Source of the DNA: an uncultured Phycisphaerae bacterium
Lineage (GTDB): Bacteria > Planctomycetota > Phycisphaerae > UBA1845 > DATKUK01
Direction: 5' to 3'
Assembly: GCA_965602375.1 (NCBI GenBank)
Contig: CBFCZG010000001.1
Location: forward strand, 1-47,464
DNA length: 47,464 nt
The first letter of the stretch is position 1. Every line of letters begins with the position of its first letter. A program made the position numbers and the translations under genes. Under the pieces are notes generated by a model. The model worked only from the letters and a program-made list of their open reading frames with translations, made no database searches and was not told where the DNA came from. Shown here piece by piece: positions 43,705 through 47,464 of this stretch.

Positions 43705-45984
43705 TCAGCGACCTTGGCGGGCGGGAGACGGTCGGTGTGCCAGCAGCGTCGCGGTGTGGGCATCAAGCCAGACCCCCGCCCCCCCAGGATCAGCCGGCTG
43801 CTGGGTGACTGGATCTCGCCACTGCACCGGCTCGGTACCCACGCGGACCGCCCCGGGCGAGCCCGAGAAGTTGGCCACCAGCAGGTACTGCCGATTGTCG
43901 CGGCCCCGTACTAGCACGGCCCGGCTGGCGTCATCCCGACCGTCCTCGTGGCGGGACGCCAGGCGCTCGGCTGCGTTCGCCGCGTGCAGCCGACGTGTCT
44001 GGCCCGCGTCCGTCGAGGAAAGGATCACACACGCGTTGTCCAGTATGACCGCAGGCCCCCAGACGTCCCACATCCCCTGTCGGAACTGCCAGCATAGCGT
44101 GTCGGTAAACAGGCTGCCGAAGGCCCCGCCGATCCGCCGTCCGCGCTGAAGCAGCCGCCAACCGTCGGCCCCATACACGCCAATCAGACCGATCTGGTCG
44201 TCCACGTTGACCCAAGACGACCGAAAGTCGATCAGCTTCCCGCCGGGGCCCGTATGAGAGGCAATCCTCCTGTCGCCCGAACCCGAGACGTAGCGACGCA
44301 CGTGTTGGTTGAACAGATCGTTGGGCACCTCCAACTTCACACCCAGCAAGCTGGTCAGGTACACGCGGCGCGGCGATGCGACGGCCCACTCCATCCGCAC
44401 CATGGTGTGGGCGTCGGGCAGGGCGGCTGCGACGATGTAGTGCCGCGCGCACTGGTCGCTTTGCCATCCCTCCGGGATGTAGGCGTCGATCCCTTCGACG
44501 ATCTCGCCCATGGTGACAAAGCCACCATCGAAGGAGTGCAGCAGGCAAACCCGGACCTCCCGATCGCCGCTGGCGCCCTGGGTGAGGATCTCCCCGCTCA
44601 AGTTGTCTTCCCACTCGGCGAGGTGGCCGCTGCCCGGCGGCAGGCATAACCCCTGCACGCGGTGGTGCGCCGCGCGCCAACTCCAACTCACCAGTCGCGT
44701 AGCCGATCGATGGAATACCGCGCCATGCTGCGGCTCTTGCCATCCGCCCGCGACGCACGCTTCGAAGTCGGTCTCCGCCTCGCGCACCGGCGCTTGAAGG
44801 CCTCTCAGCCAGCAGACCGTCATCGACAGCGCGGCAGCCTTGTCCGACTCGAGGCGCGTGTAGTAGTAGGGGCTGGCTTCGGCCAGGTGCGCCAAGCGCG
44901 ACGAGAGAAACCCGCCATCCGAGTTGCCCGACTGCTCCTGACGGATCAGGTCGACGGCACCGGCCAGCAGGCCGATCGCTTGGGCGTCCTGCCAGTGCTC
45001 GGCCGCGAACACCAGCGCCGGCAGAAGGTAGTCCTGGCAATAGCAGTAACGTTGCCGGGTGTCGCCCCCGATGCGTGCCAGCCGGCCATCGGCAAACACA
45101 AACCGCCTTACCGTGCGCCAAAGGTCCTTCTGATGATGGTACAGCGACTCGGGCGGCGCCTGCCCTAGGCTCTTCATATCGAAGTGCAGCATCGCCGCGT
45201 TCGACAGGCAGATAACCATGTATCCGACATTGAGGTACCCGTGATGGTCGAGCGCGTAGTGACCAAAGAAGTTCGCCCCGACGTGCCAGTCCCTCACGGG
45301 TCGACCGGCCACGATGCGCTGGTCTTCCGCGTCGGCGGGTACCGACACGGCGTTCATCAGGAACTCATGCGCCCGCTGCCGCCACGCGCCCGCTTGGGCA
45401 TGGTCGGGATACATCACGGCTGTCCGCCACAGCAGCGCGCCGTTCCACAGGTTCGATTCGGGCACGTTCGTGTGGCTGCCGTCCCACAGGTCTGCGCAGA
45501 CCCCCGTGTGTCCGTGCTTCGTGTAGCGGTTGTGGATCCAGTCCGCCTCGCTGGTCAGCACCCGCCGCAGCGCGTCACGATCGTCGTCTGACATACGGGG
45601 CTGAAGCAGGTATACCGCATGCATCATCCGCTCGACGCCCAATGCGCTGATCCACGTATGCCCCCACTTTCGGCCGTCGGCACACTGGTAATCACCCGAC
45701 TTGTGACTGGCCAATGAGAAGCGAAGCGCCCGCAGGGCGCGCTCCAGCGCGAGTGGCTGGGTGCATCCCTTCAAATGCTCGGCGGCCTCGGGCAACATCG
45801 CCAGCGCGGCCATGGCCGCCAGATATTTCTGGTTGGTCTGCACGCCCCAGTTGTCGTAGCCCGTGCCGAACCCGCCCAAGTCGTCCCGGTCGGGCGCGTC
45901 CCACCAGTAGCGCTCGGCAAACGCGGCCCAGCGCCCCAGCGCTTCCCATGCCGCACGTGAAATCCTCCTGACGCGCTCGTCCAT
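43705..45984 (-). CDS. Large hypothetical protein, possibly a glycan-active enzyme with (alpha/alpha)-toroid plus beta-sandwich (heparinase II/III-like?)
   Basis: Uninterrupted 759-aa ORF. The Trp/His/Tyr-rich helical N-terminal half and beta-rich C-terminal half are reminiscent of polysaccharide lyase/hydrolase toroids. The family assignment is a guess. It is divergent from a GH116 gene. Confidence 0.7.
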   Translation of the reverse strand: MDERVRRISRAAWEALGRWAAFAERYWWDAPDRDDLGGFGTGYDNWGVQTNQKYLAAMAALAMLPEAAEHLKGCTQPLALERALRALRFSLASHKSGDYQCADGRKWGHTWISALGVERMMHAVYLLQPRMSDDDRDALRRVLTSEADWIHNRYTKHGHTGVCADLWDGSHTNVPESNLWNGALLWRTAVMYPDHAQAGAWRQRAHEFLMNAVSVPADAEDQRIVAGRPVRDWHVGANFFGHYALDHHGYLNVGYMVICLSNAAMLHFDMKSLGQAPPESLYHHQKDLWRTVRRFVFADGRLARIGGDTRQRYCYCQDYLLPALVFAAEHWQDAQAIGLLAGAVDLIRQEQSGNSDGGFLSSRLAHLAEASPYYYTRLESDKAAALSMTVCWLRGLQAPVREAETDFEACVAGGWQEPQHGAVFHRSATRLVSWSWRAAHHRVQGLCLPPGSGHLAEWEDNLSGEILTQGASGDREVRVCLLHSFDGGFVTMGEIVEGIDAYIPEGWQSDQCARHYIVAAALPDAHTMVRMEWAVASPRRVYLTSLLGVKLEVPNDLFNQHVRRYVSGSGDRRIASHTGPGGKLIDFRSSWVNVDDQIGLIGVYGADGWRLLQRGRRIGGAFGSLFTDTLCWQFRQGMWDVWGPAVILDNACVILSSTDAGQTRRLHAANAAERLASRHEDGRDDASRAVLVRGRDNRQYLLVANFSGSPGAVRVGTEPVQWRDPVTQQPADPGGAGVWLDAHTATLLAHRPSPARQGR

Positions 45985-46211
45985 CGTCCTGGCTCCTGAG
46001 ACAAGATGGCTCGTGCATCAACGCGTCGGGACCGCTGCAAGCCGCTCAGCCGCGCTGTTTCGACGCATCCCGAGTCGTGGGTCCATCGTATCGACCTATC
46101 GGGCAATCCTCAAAGGCTCTGGCTCCAGACAACGGCCACTTGTATCCTGCCGTCGATGAGCGCCCGGCGGGCACCCTTCCCGGCGGCGCATGATCACGGA
46201 AGGAGCGCGAA

Positions 46212-47464
46212 ATGGCCAAGGCCCGTCCGTACCCGACCAAGCTGCTGAAGGGCGGAAAGTCGCAACGCACCTTCACCGGCGCCAACGCCGCGCAGATCGC
46301 CATGCCGCTCGGCGGCATCGGCGCCGGCTCCATCTGCCTTAACGGTTCTGGCGGGTTGCAGGACTTCTCGATCCGGAATCGGCCAGCCACCACCGCCATG
46401 CCCGACCGCCATGCCGCGGGCGACCAGGCCTTTGCGGTGTTGCACGTCAAGGGACGCCGACCGCTGACGAGACTCGTGGAAGGTCCGTATCCCGCCGAAA
46501 AGATTTACAGCCTGGGTCTAAAGGCCGGTGGTAATCGGGGCGGTGATTGCCACGGCCTGCCGCGTTTCGAGCGTTGCTCGTTCCGCGGTGAGTACCCCTT
46601 CGGCTTCGTTCGGCTGAGCGATCCAGCCGTGCCGCTGCGCGTGAGCATCACGGGCTTCAGCCCCTTCGTGCCGTTGGACGACGTCGCCTCGGGCATTCCG
46701 TGCGCCGTGCTGGAGTACACCCTTGAGAACCGCTCGAATGCAAAGGTCGACTACGAATTCTCGTACCACCTCAGCCATCTCGCCGGAGGCGGACCGAGTG
46801 ACCAGGCCACGCGCAACGCCGCTTTGCCCGGCAGAGGGGTATTCCTCTGCAACAAACGACCACCTAACGCCGAGGATTTCGGCAGCGCCAGCCTAACCGT
46901 GATCGGCCACCGACCCGCTATCAAGGCCATGTGGTTCCGTGGCGGCTGGTTTGATTCGGTCTCCGTCCTGTGGCGCGAGCTGACGACCGGCACCTTCCAG
47001 CCCAACGACGCGTCACCCGACGAAGATACGCCCGGGCGCAACGGCGGTTCGATCCTGCTGTCCGGCTCGCTCAAACCCGATCAGCGAATCACCTACCCAA
47101 TCGTGATCACGTGGTACTTCCCTAACTGCCACTATGCGGTCGGACAACCACCCCAGCAATGCGCCGCCTGCAACGCCGAGCCCGCCGACGAAAACGCGCC
47201 GCCGAAGTGGCGCCCTTTCTACACCTCACGATGGGCCGACGCACGCGAGGTGGCTGAGTTCGTCCACGCCAACTATGCATCCCTGCGCGACAAGACGCAG
47301 GCCTTTCACGAGTCGCTATTCCGCTCGACGCTGCCGTCTTACGTCCTCGATGCGGTATCGGCCAACCTGGCGATATTGAAATCGCCCACTGTGCTGCGGC
47401 AGGAAAACGGCAACGTGTGGGCGTGGGAGGGCTGCTTCTGCGACGGCGGCTGCTGCTACGGCTC
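46212..47464 (+). CDS. GH116-family beta-glucosidase (GBA2-type), 5' portion, runs off the right edge
   Basis: Not in the ORF track because there is no stop. My translation from ATG 46212 (GGAAGGAG upstream) is open to the window end. MAKARPYPTKLL...AAQIAMPLGGIGAGSICLNGSGGLQDFSIRNRP...GEYPFGFVRL... and the final NGNVWAWEGCFCDGGCCYG match the GH116 N-terminal domain and the start of the catalytic domain. Confidence 0.82.
   Translation, partial: MAKARPYPTKLLKGGKSQRTFTGANAAQIAMPLGGIGAGSICLNGSGGLQDFSIRNRPATTAMPDRHAAGDQAFAVLHVKGRRPLTRLVEGPYPAEKIYSLGLKAGGNRGGDCHGLPRFERCSFRGEYPFGFVRLSDPAVPLRVSITGFSPFVPLDDVASGIPCAVLEYTLENRSNAKVDYEFSYHLSHLAGGGPSDQATRNAALPGRGVFLCNKRPPNAEDFGSASLTVIGHRPAIKAMWFRGGWFDSVSVLWRELTTGTFQPNDASPDEDTPGRNGGSILLSGSLKPDQRITYPIVITWYFPNCHYAVGQPPQQCAACNAEPADENAPPKWRPFYTSRWADAREVAEFVHANYASLRDKTQAFHESLFRSTLPSYVLDAVSANLAILKSPTVLRQENGNVWAWEGCFCDGGCCYG

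Noticed and set aside
1-47464. CRISPR arrays, IS elements, toxin-antitoxin pairs and recognisable defence genes
   Set aside because: I read both strands for regularly spaced direct repeats and for transposase, integrase, nuclease-helicase or small paired ORFs, and found none. The only tandem repeat is the 27-bp coding repeat in spoVG.

Overview
This is a 47.5-kb stretch of visibly GC-rich, densely packed bacterial chromosome. I support 44 protein-coding genes, two of them partial at the window edges, plus one tRNA-Lys(UUU). I saw no rRNA, CRISPR array, transposase, integrase or phage genes.

Most of the content is housekeeping or ordinary accessory metabolism:
- ispF-cysS-ruvC-ruvA-ruvB string
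- ilvBN, plus a second orphan AHAS large subunit
- ispE-spoVG
- rmuC
- BtuF/FecCD-type ABC importer
- giant MscK-like channel
- sugar kinase, isomerases and glycan enzymes
- two PilZ paralogues

The gene repertoire (dockerin-tailed beta-helix protein, zinc-ribbon SpoVG, small PilZ proteins) loosely suggests a Planctomycetota-like organism, but that is a low-confidence inference.

I do not see a clear multi-gene novel system such as a defence island. The least explained element is the 587-bp gene-free, hairpin-dense spacer at 24678-25264. It looks like an orphan minus-strand transcription unit of about 315 nt, with a promoter-like motif, several perfect hairpins and a canonical intrinsic terminator. 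It carries a 15-nt perfect complement to the 16S rRNA 3' tail, followed by a 9-codon mini-ORF.

Secondary oddities:
- an archaeal-adenylate-kinase-like / nucleoside-deoxyribosyltransferase-like fusion protein with a degenerate P-loop, heading a co-directional string with a PIG-L deacetylase, a PilZ protein and the divergent AHAS paralogue
- a SpoVG with an inserted zinc ribbon and a tandem-repeat acidic tail
- a REC-XRE response regulator
- a lower-GC methyltransferase next to the tRNA

All functional calls rest on my recognition of motifs in the supplied translations. No database search was run.
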